DNA from: Candidatus Aminicenantes bacterium
GTDB taxonomy: Bacteria > Acidobacteriota > Aminicenantia > Aminicenantales > JAFGBC01
Reading direction: 5' to 3'
NCBI GenBank assembly: GCA_963702005.1
Contig: OY969696.1
Coordinates: 2,080,001 to 2,144,000, forward strand
Length of the DNA: 64,000 nucleotides
Below, piece by piece: positions 28,344 to 37,315 of this stretch (positions are counted from its first letter, which is position 1; each line of letters begins with the position of its first letter). The notes below the pieces were generated by a model. That model saw only the letters and a list, made by a program, of their open reading frames with translations, made no database searches and was not told where the DNA came from. The position numbers and the translations under genes are program-made.

Positions 28344-28760
28344 CTAGGCTCCAGGCTTCGGCTCGAGCAAACGCAAGAACGCGTGGGGGTTAAGGATCTT
28401 AATTCTCATGTAGCTTCGGATCGCCCGCAAAGCTTTATCGCCGGATATGATCGCGTCGGCTTTGAGGGCGACGGCGCAACTTATGAACTTATCGTCGCCC
28501 GGGTCGGCCTTGACGACCTTGAGCTTGGGCGAACGGGCCGCAAAAAGGATATGATGCCCCCCCGCGAAAAGGTCGAGAAGCTCCTTGAGCTCGCCTTCGA
28601 CGCCGAGCCCGAGCCGCTCGAGTACGTCCGTATATTCTTCGACGATCTCCGCCGACAAACAGAGGACGATATCCCCCGACTTCCAGAGGTCGATGACGCG
28701 GCGCGGATGTCCTCCAAAGAACGAGGAGACGAAGACGTTGGTGTCGATGACGACTTTCAT
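28344..28760 (-). CDS. PIN-family toxin
   Basis: MKVVIDTNVFVS...DPGDDKFISCA...IISGD; ATG at 28760 overlaps the antitoxin stop. Confidence 0.88.
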   Translation of the reverse strand: MKVVIDTNVFVSSFFGGHPRRVIDLWKSGDIVLCLSAEIVEEYTDVLERLGLGVEGELKELLDLFAGGHHILFAARSPKLKVVKADPGDDKFISCAVALKADAIISGDKALRAIRSYMRIKILNPHAFLRLLEPKPGA

Positions 28761-29005
28761 CCGCGCTTTTCTCTGACCGAGGCGACGGCTTTGGCGATAT
28801 CGGCGGGGCCGGCGCCGCGGGAAGCTAATTTCGTCCCGATCCGGGCCCAGAGCCCGTCGATATAGGCTGCGATATCCCGTTCCTTGATGTAGCCGCGGAT
28901 GAGCTCCCGGACCATCTGGCTCGTCGTTTTCCCCTCGGACCGGGCCAGCCGCGAAAGCCGGTTCTTGAGGTCGTCGTCGAGGCGGATCATGAGTTGAGTC
29001 GGCAT
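28757..29005 (-). CDS. CopG/RHH antitoxin
   Basis: MPTQLMIRLDDDLKNRLSRLARSEGKTTSQMVRELI ribbon-helix-helix pattern. Confidence 0.85.
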   Translation of the reverse strand: MPTQLMIRLDDDLKNRLSRLARSEGKTTSQMVRELIRGYIKERDIAAYIDGLWARIGTKLASRGAGPADIAKAVASVREKRG

Positions 29006-29153
29006 CGGAAAAGCTCCTTAGTATTGCTTGTATATACAATATATCACATTGGAGGACTATGTCAAGCTTGATAGTCAAAAATCCTCTTGACAATCGCGTG
29101 AAATGTGGTATATTAGTACCACATGGTAAAAATAAACCACGTACGGGGATAAG

Positions 29154-29516
29154 ATGTCGAACTTCGGCAAATTCATAAAAGAGCTGAGGACGCGAAAAGG
29201 CGTGACATTGAGGGAGTTCTGCCGGCTGGCGAAGCTGGATCCCAGCAACTGGAGCAAGGTCGAGCGCGGCATCCTTCCGCCTCCCAAGAGCAGCAAGATT
29301 ATCGGCGATATCGCCAGCGTTCTTATGATCGAGAAAGGGACCGAGGATTGGAACATGCTGTTTGACCTGGCCGCCATCGGCCATATCCCGGCCCAGCTCA
29401 TGTCCGAACCCAAGATGGAAGACAAGCTCACTGTCTTTTTCCGCGCGGGGCGGAGCGTCAAGGCGCCCTCGGCCAAGCAAATCAAGGAAATGATCGATAT
29501 TTTCAAGGGAAGATAG
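29154..29516 (+). CDS. XRE-family HTH regulator
   Basis: FGKFIKELR...TLREFCRLAKLDPSNWSKVERGILPPP. Confidence 0.85.
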   Translation: MSNFGKFIKELRTRKGVTLREFCRLAKLDPSNWSKVERGILPPPKSSKIIGDIASVLMIEKGTEDWNMLFDLAAIGHIPAQLMSEPKMEDKLTVFFRAGRSVKAPSAKQIKEMIDIFKGR

Positions 29517-29570
29517 GACCGACCGCTTTTTAAGCCTTCGTCCTTTTTTTAATTCCACATGGAGGGGTAT

Positions 29571-30671
29571 ATGAACCCGTATCTAAAAAATTATGTTGTC
29601 TCTTTTGAGCTCGGCCGAGGGAAGCGGCATGAAAACATGGCCGTTTTTCCGATCACGACGCAGAGCGACGGAGGCCCGGATTATCTGACCCTGAGAGAGG
29701 CGCTCGAGAAGGGCGTTTTCGCGGTCACCGAGGTCAGCGAGGGCGGCGCGGTGCCGAACCTCAAGGTATCGAACAAGGGGGAGATTGCCGTCCTCCTTCT
29801 CGACGGCGAGGAACTGGCCGGCGCCAAGCAGAACCGTGTCCTCAACACGACGATCCTGGTCAAGGAGGGGACGGAGGTAGTCATCCCGGTAAGCTGTACC
29901 GAGCACGGCCGGTGGAGCTATACGTCGAGGGAGTTCTATGAATCGGGCAACGTTATGGCGCCCAAGATGAGGGCGATGAGTCGGGGGGCGGTCGCGGCCT
30001 CGCTCGAATCGTCCCGTCAATTCCGGTCCGACCAGAGCGCGGTCTGGGATGGGATCGAGAGGATGGCCGGCGAGGCCGGTGCGCAATCGAGGACGGGCGC
30101 GATGAAGGATATTTACGACTCGAAAATGTCCGATCTCGACGGCCACATGAAGGCGTTTGGGTGCGGGCCGGGGCAGAAGGGGATTTTGGTCATGATCGGA
30201 GGAGAGGTCGTCGGGTTCGATTTCGTATCATGCGAGAGGGCTTTCGCCGTGCTCTTTCCGAAGCTCATCAAGAGCTACGCAATGGAAGCTTGGCTGGAGG
30301 GGCGGAAACGGGGGAGTGTGAAGGCGGAGAAGGGCGGGAAGAACGAGAAAAGCGGTCAGGGTGAGAAGCGCGATAAAGACGATACGGACCATAAAGGCGT
30401 TGAAAGCAGTAAAGGCGATGAAGGCGGTGAGAGCGGCATGGATATTACCAAAGCGCGGGCGTTTTTAGCGATCGCCGGAGAGTGCGACGAGAAAAGCTAC
30501 GACTCGGTCGGGTTGGGCAAGGATGTCCGGTTCGACGGGAAGGGCGTCGTCGGGTCGGCGCTCGTGGTGAACGACAAGCCGGTCCACGTCGCGTTCTTCA
30601 GCGCGACCGAGAGCGATAAAGCAGGATCCATGGCCGGCACGAGCCGGAGACGGAGGTTCAGGACGGGATGA
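29571..30671 (+). CDS. ARPP-1/DUF6569-family protein
   Basis: YLTLREAL...VTEVSEGGAVP, LLLDGEELAGAKQNRVLNTT, IPVSCTEHGRW, SDQSAVW, KLIKSYAME. Confidence 0.75.
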   Translation: MNPYLKNYVVSFELGRGKRHENMAVFPITTQSDGGPDYLTLREALEKGVFAVTEVSEGGAVPNLKVSNKGEIAVLLLDGEELAGAKQNRVLNTTILVKEGTEVVIPVSCTEHGRWSYTSREFYESGNVMAPKMRAMSRGAVAASLESSRQFRSDQSAVWDGIERMAGEAGAQSRTGAMKDIYDSKMSDLDGHMKAFGCGPGQKGILVMIGGEVVGFDFVSCERAFAVLFPKLIKSYAMEAWLEGRKRGSVKAEKGGKNEKSGQGEKRDKDDTDHKGVESSKGDEGGESGMDITKARAFLAIAGECDEKSYDSVGLGKDVRFDGKGVVGSALVVNDKPVHVAFFSATESDKAGSMAGTSRRRRFRTG

Positions 30672-30743
30672 GCGAGGATTCAGTCCCGGAATGGGGAGCA
30701 AGCAATATTTGGAAAGAAAAAATTCTTACGAGGAGTATATAAA

Positions 30744-30968
30744 ATGACTAATCCAAAGATCAAAATAGAAGACGATGAATTTGAAGATGAAGATGAACGC
30801 CTGTTGGATCAGGGACTTAAAGATGCTATAGAAAATCCAAGCGGAAAAATGATCCGGGCAGAGGATTTACCGGAAGCTCCAGACCTCCCTAAAGGGGATA
30901 CGACCCTAGTTGTCTTCTTGCAAAAAAAGCCCAAAAATAAAAAGGGAAAAGCGAAAGTTATAAATTAG
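30744..30968 (+). CDS. Small hypothetical protein (acidic N-terminus, basic C-terminus)
   Basis: 74-aa AT-rich ORF with a GAGGAG RBS upstream. Confidence 0.55.
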   Translation: MTNPKIKIEDDEFEDEDERLLDQGLKDAIENPSGKMIRAEDLPEAPDLPKGDTTLVVFLQKKPKNKKGKAKVIN

Positions 30969-30985
30969 ATTGCTATCTTCATATT

Positions 30986-31067
30986 ATTATTCACCCCTAG
31001 GGTGAATAATTTACTTGACAACCAGGCAAACCATAACTATCATGTTTATGTTCACCCCGGAGACGAA
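30986..31067 (+). promoter_or_regulatory. higA promoter with palindromic operators
   Basis: ATTATTCACCC-CTA-GGGTGAATAAT (30986-31010); TTGACA 31015-31020, 17 bp, TATCAT 31038-31043; second imperfect TTCACCCC site at about 31051. Confidence 0.75.
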
Positions 31068-31070
31068 GGG

Positions 31071-32153
31071 ATGCTTAAGCGCATTTATTCCGATCTGGCC
31101 ATTCCGCCCGGTGAATACCTTTCCGAAGTTCTTGCGACGAAAGCGATGACCCAAGCCGAGTTAGCCAGGCGTATCGGCCGACCTACTCAGGCGGTCAATG
31201 AAATCATCAAGGGGGCTAAGGCCATTACTCCGGCAACTGCGCTTCAACTCGAACGAGCCCTTGGCGTACCCGCCCAAATCTGGACCGGGCTTGAAAGCCG
31301 CTGCCAGCTCATTAAGGCGCGGCAAGAAGAGAGGGCGCAACTCCGCAGCGAATTGCCGTATCTCAAGAGCATCCCCTATAAGCGGCTAGCCGACTTAGGC
31401 CGTGTGGATAAGACGGGGGATAAGGAACATAAGATCGGGGAACTCCATCGGTTTTACGGAGTGTCGTCCCTTGAACACTTACCCGGAATCAAGGCCTATG
31501 CAGCATCTTTTCGGTGCGGCGGAGCGCGCGAGGCGTCCAATTATGCCTTGGCCGCATGGATGAGATGCGCGGAGCTGAAGGCTGCCGAGCTGCCCTCCGC
31601 TGCATTTGATAGAGCAAAGCTTTTAAGATCTCTAGGTGATATTAGAGCCTTAGGTCTGAAGGATCCGGCTGAATTCATGCCCAAGCTTAAAAGGATTCTC
31701 GCGGGATGCGGGGTCGTCCTGGTGATGCTTCCCCATTTCCCCAAGACATACGCCCATGGGGCGACGTTTTGGCGGAGATCCGGCAACGCCGTTCTTGCGA
31801 TGAGCATACGGGGGAAGTGGGCGGATATCTTCTTGTTTAGTTTGTTTCACGAGTTGGGACATATCCTTCTCCATGAGAAAAGAACCTTCATCGATAATCC
31901 CAGGGTTTCTCCGGAATCGGCGCGACAGGAAAAGGCGGCGAATGATTTCGCGGAGAGCTCGCTGATCGGGGCCGAGCTGCTTGAGTCATTTGTCCGCAAG
32001 GCGGATTTCAGCGAAACGGCGATCAAGGCGCTGGCAGCGGAGGCCGGGGTGTCTGCCGGCATCGTGATCGGACGCCTTCAGCACAAGGGACTTTTGCCTC
32101 AAAACTCGGTATTGAACCGGCTTCGGGAAAGGTACGCCTGGGAGCGCCAATAA
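31071..32153 (+). CDS. higA: Orphan HigA-family antitoxin with ImmA/IrrE metallopeptidase domain
   Basis: IPPGEYL...[26 protein letters not shown]; FHELGH (HExxH) ...EKAANDFA; no toxin gene upstream. Confidence 0.85.
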   Translation: MLKRIYSDLAIPPGEYLSEVLATKAMTQAELARRIGRPTQAVNEIIKGAKAITPATALQLERALGVPAQIWTGLESRCQLIKARQEERAQLRSELPYLKSIPYKRLADLGRVDKTGDKEHKIGELHRFYGVSSLEHLPGIKAYAASFRCGGAREASNYALAAWMRCAELKAAELPSAAFDRAKLLRSLGDIRALGLKDPAEFMPKLKRILAGCGVVLVMLPHFPKTYAHGATFWRRSGNAVLAMSIRGKWADIFLFSLFHELGHILLHEKRTFIDNPRVSPESARQEKAANDFAESSLIGAELLESFVRKADFSETAIKALAAEAGVSAGIVIGRLQHKGLLPQNSVLNRLRERYAWERQ

Positions 32154-32247
32154 CAGCACTTTTTCTTAAGGTGGTCTGAACTAAGCCCGCCTTGACAGGT
32201 GCTGTCAGGCGAGGTCTAATATTTTCATCCAAATCAAGGAGGGGCGA

Positions 32248-32709
32248 ATGAAGGGCATTGCTATTGCAGTCAGCGTGGCAGTCTTGGTCCTCGCCGTCGC
32301 CGTCCAGGCGCAAACCTCGGCCCAGACAAAGAGCGGGGGCGTGGAACAGGAGCTGATCAAGTTGGAGAACGAGTGGGCTGACGCCTGGGTTAAAAGCGAC
32401 GTCGCATTCTTTGAGCGGATTGAAGCAGATGACTTTACGTGGACTTCCCCCTGGGGCTGGGTCGCTACCAAGGCCGACGACCTTGCACTCGTAAAGTCTG
32501 GGGAGGACGTGATTACGTCCTGGGTGCTCGCTGAAATGAAGGTTCGCGTTTACGGAGACGCGGCGGTAGTCACTGGCCGCGACGCAATCAAAGAAACGTA
32601 TAAAAGCAAGGATGTCAGTGGCCAGCATCGATGGACGCATACCTGGGTCAAGCGTGCCGGCCGTTGGCAGTGCGTTGCCGGGCATAGTTCGGAGATAGCT
32701 CAGAAATAG
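32248..32709 (+). CDS. Secreted NTF2-like (DUF4440) protein
   Basis: Signal peptide; LENEWADA...VRVYGDAAVVTG...WTHTWVKRAGRWQCVAGHSS. Confidence 0.88.
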   Translation: MKGIAIAVSVAVLVLAVAVQAQTSAQTKSGGVEQELIKLENEWADAWVKSDVAFFERIEADDFTWTSPWGWVATKADDLALVKSGEDVITSWVLAEMKVRVYGDAAVVTGRDAIKETYKSKDVSGQHRWTHTWVKRAGRWQCVAGHSSEIAQK

Positions 32710-32824
32710 GGCATATGGCACGAGCCAGAGACGGATGTTCAGGCTGTAAAGAACGGATCGCCCTAAAAACGCGGGGAATTTCAGGGCTGGGGGAGTTAAG
32801 CTATGCGTTACAACGATCTGTAAC

Positions 32825-32854
32825 TTGCCTATAATAAAGCGTGCCTTTATTATA
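32825..32854 (+). promoter_or_regulatory. Promoter/operator left in front of the Fic remnant
   Basis: TTGCCT, 17 bp, TATTAT; inverted repeat TATAATAAAG (32830-32839) / CTTTATTATA (32845-32854). Confidence 0.5.
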
Positions 32855-32889
32855 CGGAAAATCGTGTATTTAAAGAAAGGCATTTTCTC

Positions 32890-33462
32890 ATAAAGGTCGG
32901 TCTGGCCCACGCTCAATTCGAAACGATCCATCCGTTTCTTGACGGGAACGGAAGAGTCGGGCACCTGTTGATCACCTTCCTTTTATGCGAACGTAGGGTT
33001 CTATTCAAGCCCGTGCTTTATCTTTCCTATTATTTCAAACGCCACAGACAGGCCTACTATGATCTCCTTCAATCGGTGCGCGATACGGGTAACTGGGAAG
33101 CTTGGCTCGCTTTCTTTCTGCGCGGCATCGCTGAGGTCAGCGCCGAAGCCTCGGAAGCGGCCCGGCGCATCCTCGAAATGCGCGAAGCGCATCGCTCCGA
33201 GATTACGAATCAATTGGGCCGAGCTGCGGGAAACGGACATCGGGTTCTGGAATATTTGTTCGAGCACCCGATCGTGTCCGTGAAGCAAGTCCGAAAGATT
33301 ACGGGCACGAGCAACCCCGCGGCGAACATGCTGGTCCGAAAGTTCGTCGACTGGGGCATTCTGAAGGAGATCACCGGCCAGAAAAGGCACCGGCGATTCC
33401 GATATGAGGCTTATGTCCGCATCTTCGGTGAGTCCGAGCCCGTTCCCCGCGACCCGAATTGA
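32890..33462 (+). pseudogene. 5'-truncated Fic-family protein
   Basis: IKVGLAHAQFETIHPFLDGNGRVGHLL Fic motif and C-terminal wHTH. No ATG/GTG/TTG lies between the in-frame stop at 32821-32823 and the motif. Confidence 0.85.
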
Positions 33463-33495
33463 TTGTACTGCCCGGTATCAGGCGCCAAGGAAGGC

Positions 33496-34851
33496 TTATG
33501 ATCTCTTGATGACGACGAGCGTTTGATCGTCGAACCGGGGCGCCGCGCCGATGAAGCGTTTCGTATCGGCGGCGATGGCGGCCAGGATCTCGGCGGCCCG
33601 CAGCCCCGCGCATGAGCGCAGGAGCGAGATCAGGCGGTCCAGGGTGTATTCGGCGTTATCGGCATTCCGGCTGTCCGGGATGCCGTCCGAGTAGAGGAGA
33701 AGGACGTCGCCCTCCTCCAAGCGGACCGATTTCGCCTCGTACCCGGCGCCCGGGAACATCCCCAGACAGAAGCCCGTGCTCCCGAGCGTCTCCAGGGACC
33801 CGTCGACCTTCAGGACGAGGGGAGGGACATGGCCGGCGTTGATGTAGCGGACCTCGTCGCGGCGCCGGTCGACCTCGCAATAGAAGAAGGTGATGAAGCT
33901 CGAGACGGCCGAGCTTTGCTGGACGAAATCGTTGAGCTTGGCGGCCATGTCCTCGATCCGGTAGCCGGGATGGATTTCGGCCCGGAAGGCCGCCCGCAGG
34001 GAGGCCATCAGGAGGGCGGCGCCGATGCCCTTGCCGGAGACGTCGCCGACGGCGATCCCGAGGCGATCGGGATCGACCGGGACGAAGTCGTAATAATCTC
34101 CGCCGACTTCGTAGCAGGAGACGTTCAGCCCGCTGATGTCGAAATGCTCCATTCGCGGATCCTGGCGGGGAAGCAGATCCCGCTGGATCTTGGCCGCGAG
34201 GTCCAGGTCTTTCTCGATCCGCCGCAGGAGGCTCTCGGATCGTTCCTTTTCGGCCTGGAGGAGCCGGAAGGTCCGGTCCCGCTGGCCGATGAAATAATAG
34301 ATCGACATGACCGTGAAGATGGCCACCAGGATGAAAATGAGCCAGAAGATCAGGGTGAAGGCGAGGGGGCGGGCCGTGTCGGACCGGAACACCGTCAGCT
34401 CCATGACCACGGCGGCGCAGAGCAGGACGAGGTAGGCGGCGAAGACGAAAAAGGCCCGCCTCCGGTTGGGAAAGACCATGGCATACAGGACGCCGATCAG
34501 GCCCATGAAGATGAAGCCGTCGGACCGGATGAGTCCGCCCAGCCAGCAGGTGAAAACGAACGAGCTGAAGACGAGATAGCTCTGACTGCTCAGGCCGAAA
34601 TCCTCGATATGTCCGCGGACGACGGCGAAGAGAATCAGGGATCCGCACCAGTATCCCGCGGAGACGAACCAGAACGCGGCAGGCAGGGCGTGGCCCATCG
34701 ACAGGTAGCCGACCCCCAGCCCGGCGGAGAGCGGCGCGCCCAGGAGCAGGGTGATCGTCCAAATCCGCTTGAGCAGCCGGACTTGATCGGAATCGGACGG
34801 GTCGGATCCGATGTTTCCGATAAAATCCGCGATCTTCCGCAGGAGACTCAC
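33496..34851 (-). CDS. Membrane-bound PP2C/SpoIIE phosphatase
   Basis: Several TM helices, then VGGDYYD, GDVSGKG, YINAGH, YSDG, DDQT. Confidence 0.92.
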   Translation of the reverse strand: MSLLRKIADFIGNIGSDPSDSDQVRLLKRIWTITLLLGAPLSAGLGVGYLSMGHALPAAFWFVSAGYWCGSLILFAVVRGHIEDFGLSSQSYLVFSSFVFTCWLGGLIRSDGFIFMGLIGVLYAMVFPNRRRAFFVFAAYLVLLCAAVVMELTVFRSDTARPLAFTLIFWLIFILVAIFTVMSIYYFIGQRDRTFRLLQAEKERSESLLRRIEKDLDLAAKIQRDLLPRQDPRMEHFDISGLNVSCYEVGGDYYDFVPVDPDRLGIAVGDVSGKGIGAALLMASLRAAFRAEIHPGYRIEDMAAKLNDFVQQSSAVSSFITFFYCEVDRRRDEVRYINAGHVPPLVLKVDGSLETLGSTGFCLGMFPGAGYEAKSVRLEEGDVLLLYSDGIPDSRNADNAEYTLDRLISLLRSCAGLRAAEILAAIAADTKRFIGAAPRFDDQTLVVIKRS

Positions 34852-34968
34852 CCGGGAAGCCGCCTTCCGGGGAATCTCGTGCCCCTCCGCGTCATGCCGG
34901 TACTATAGCGGCCTTCGCGAGGCGCTGTCAACAAGGGGGGCGCCGGGGCGATTTTAGCGGCGCCGGCG

Positions 34969-36621
34969 CTATTTCACCGCTTCCACGGGAATCGGCAGCG
35001 GCTTGCGGGGCAGCATCTCGTCCCGCATCGCCGTGAAATAGACGAAGCTGGCCATGACGACCGCCGACTGGACCAGGTCTTCGGGGACGCAGTGGTCGTA
35101 GACGTCCTGGTTCGTGTGGTGGATCGTCGGGAAGTAGTCGAGGGGATCCTGGATGAACTGGAAGGCCGGGATCCCGATGTAGTCGAAGGGCAGGTGGTCG
35201 GTCCCCTCGGTCGGCTGAAGGGCGATCGTCGTGACGCCCAGGTCGCGGAGCGGCTTCATCCACTCCTCGAAGATCGGCCGGACCTGGAAATTCTCCTGGA
35301 TGTAGATGCCCCGGACGCGGCCCGACCCGTTGTCATAGTTGAAATAGCCCGAGATCTTGTTGTAGTCGGGCTTGGCGATGATCTTCTTGGAATCGCCCAG
35401 CGGGCTCCGCCAGTTCTTTTCGTAGACATCCCAGTCGGGTTTGCTGAGGGTTTGCTTGTCGGTGTCGCCGAAATGGGTGAAGACGTAGCCGCGCGACCCG
35501 TAGTAGCCTTCCTCTTCGCCCGTCCAGAGGGCGGCGCGGATCGTGCGCTTGGGCTTGACTCCCAGCGCCTTGAGGATCCGCAGGGCCTCCATGGACACGG
35601 CGCAGCCGGCCGCGTTGTCCACGGCCCCCGTCCCCGCCGTCCAGCAGTCGAGGTGGCCGCCGAGCATCACCAGCTCGCCCTTCTTGTCCCAGCCCGGGAT
35701 CTCGGCGACGACGTTGTAGCCCGTCTTGTCCTGGTCATAGATCGTATTCCTAACCTCGGCTTCGAGCGTCACCGGGACCTTGAGGTCCAGGATGCGGCAG
35801 ATGCGGGCGTAGCTTTCGGCCGGCAGGACGATCCGCGGACTCTGGCCGGGAGTCGTGTGGTCCTTGCCGTTCCCCGAATAGGCGTCGACATGCACCGTCC
35901 CGAAATCGCTCCGGTTCGCGGGGCTCGAGTTGATGAGGAGCGCGACCCCTTCGTTTTTATAGAATTCCACGAGCTCTTCCCATTTGAGCGCGGGCTTCGC
36001 TTCTCCCGCCTCTTCCTTCGGCTGGAGAGGGATCGGAGTCTCCATGAGCTTCTTGAGGTCCTCGTCGGTGTAGCGGCGGGCAGGGGGCTTAAACGAGGGA
36101 TGGACCTGGCGGGGAGGATCGCAGAGGACGATCGCGCCTTTGAGCTTTCCCGTCCATTTTTCGAGGTCGGCCTTGGTCCGGATGACGGCCAGAAGCGGGT
36201 GGCCCGTGATCTTTCCCTGGGTTCCCAGGGTCCAGGGCTTGGCGTAGGCGAGGAGGGCGGCGTAGGTCGGCTCGAGCATGTGGACCGAGATGTAGTCGTT
36301 GGACCAGCCCAGGCCGAACTCGCCGCAGGGCTCGATGGCCGCGTTCGCCATCCCCCATTCGGTGAACTTAGCCTTGGCCCACTCCTCCGCCTTTTTCAGG
36401 GCCGGACTGCCGGGGATGCGGGGGCCGATGACGTCGGTCAGGTAGGAGAGCGTCTCCATGATCTTGGAGCGGTTGACCGCCTCATCCCAGATCCGGTTGA
36501 CTATGGCCGTGTCCACCTTCTCCTGGGCGAAGGCGGGCGGGATGAGGAATGTTGAAAGCAGGAACAGCGCAGAGATCATAGACAGCGCCAGGACGGCCGC
36601 GAACAGACGATTTCTTTTCAT
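34969..36621 (-). CDS. Secreted M28-family metallopeptidase
   Basis: Signal peptide; GGHLDCW, GAVDNAAG, WTGEEEG, NYDNG, GTDH, HHTNQD. Confidence 0.9.
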   Translation of the reverse strand: MKRNRLFAAVLALSMISALFLLSTFLIPPAFAQEKVDTAIVNRIWDEAVNRSKIMETLSYLTDVIGPRIPGSPALKKAEEWAKAKFTEWGMANAAIEPCGEFGLGWSNDYISVHMLEPTYAALLAYAKPWTLGTQGKITGHPLLAVIRTKADLEKWTGKLKGAIVLCDPPRQVHPSFKPPARRYTDEDLKKLMETPIPLQPKEEAGEAKPALKWEELVEFYKNEGVALLINSSPANRSDFGTVHVDAYSGNGKDHTTPGQSPRIVLPAESYARICRILDLKVPVTLEAEVRNTIYDQDKTGYNVVAEIPGWDKKGELVMLGGHLDCWTAGTGAVDNAAGCAVSMEALRILKALGVKPKRTIRAALWTGEEEGYYGSRGYVFTHFGDTDKQTLSKPDWDVYEKNWRSPLGDSKKIIAKPDYNKISGYFNYDNGSGRVRGIYIQENFQVRPIFEEWMKPLRDLGVTTIALQPTEGTDHLPFDYIGIPAFQFIQDPLDYFPTIHHTNQDVYDHCVPEDLVQSAVVMASFVYFTAMRDEMLPRKPLPIPVEAVK

Positions 36622-36750
36622 CGGTGATTCTCCTTGCATCTAATAGTTAGAGTACGGCTTCCCCTCATTTGTTACAGATATTTTTCGCCGATATCCAATC
36701 ATTACGATACAGTGGAATGAGCATAGACCAGGCGGCGAGGAAGGTCAACG

Positions 36751-36838
36751 GAATTCTAGGGACACGTAACTTAATTCCGTCCCCAAACGGGACCGGCGCG
36801 GAGCTTCGGGAGAATTAAGTAACATGTCCCCAGAATTC
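36751..36838. repeat. REP-like family A copy with extended loop
   Basis: GAATTCTAGGGACACGTAACTTAATTC...GAATTAAGTAACATGTCCCCAGAATTC. Confidence 0.85.
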
Positions 36839-36904
36839 CAGTGTCAAGGAAGGGGAGTGCGCTGCTGGGGGAGAGCAAACAGGGACCCAAGTAGGGACGA
36901 ATAA

Positions 36905-36984
36905 ATTCACCTTTGGGGTGAATAATGTGCTTGACAAACAAGCGATATGAAGCTATCTTATTGGTATTCACCCCAGGGATGAAT
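36905..36984 (+). promoter_or_regulatory. higBA promoter with two operators
   Basis: ATTCACC-N5-GGTGAAT (36905-36923); TTGACA 36931-36936, 17 bp, TATCTT; ATTCACCCCAGGGATGAAT (36966-36984). Confidence 0.75.
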
Positions 36985-37012
36985 GAATGCTCGAGCATCT
37001 ATCGGGGAGCCG

Positions 37013-37315
37013 GTGGAAGTCATATTCCGGACGAAGAAGCTGAAAAAGTGCTATGAAAGCTATTCGCAAGGTTGTCGCGTGTGGGGGGCGGATGTCGCAA
37101 GAAAATATATTCTCAGGATCGATCTCCTTCAAGAAGCTTCGGATTTAGCGGAGGTCCGAATGCTCCCCGGATTGAACTGTCATCCGTTGAAGGGCAGCAG
37201 GGAAGGGCAATATGGAATTATTCTTCATGATCGCTGGCGACTGGTCTTTTCTCTGAAAGGGGAGACGGCCGAATCGGTCTTCGTGGAAGAGGTGAGTAAA
37301 CATTATGGCGACTGA
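37013..37315 (+). CDS. higB: HigB-like (RelE/ParE superfamily) toxin
   Basis: [11 protein letters not shown]...[25 protein letters not shown]...EEVSKHYGD; GTG start after GGGGAG; toxin-first order. Confidence 0.88.
   Translation: MEVIFRTKKLKKCYESYSQGCRVWGADVARKYILRIDLLQEASDLAEVRMLPGLNCHPLKGSREGQYGIILHDRWRLVFSLKGETAESVFVEEVSKHYGD

Noticed and set aside
28344-29558. 404-aa minus-strand ORF
   Set aside because: Only the last 138 codons are the PIN toxin. The rest overlaps the antitoxin and is antisense to the XRE gene.
32023-32964. 313-aa minus-strand ORF
   Set aside because: It is antisense to the NTF2 gene, the higA end and the Fic remnant, and has no recognisable motifs.
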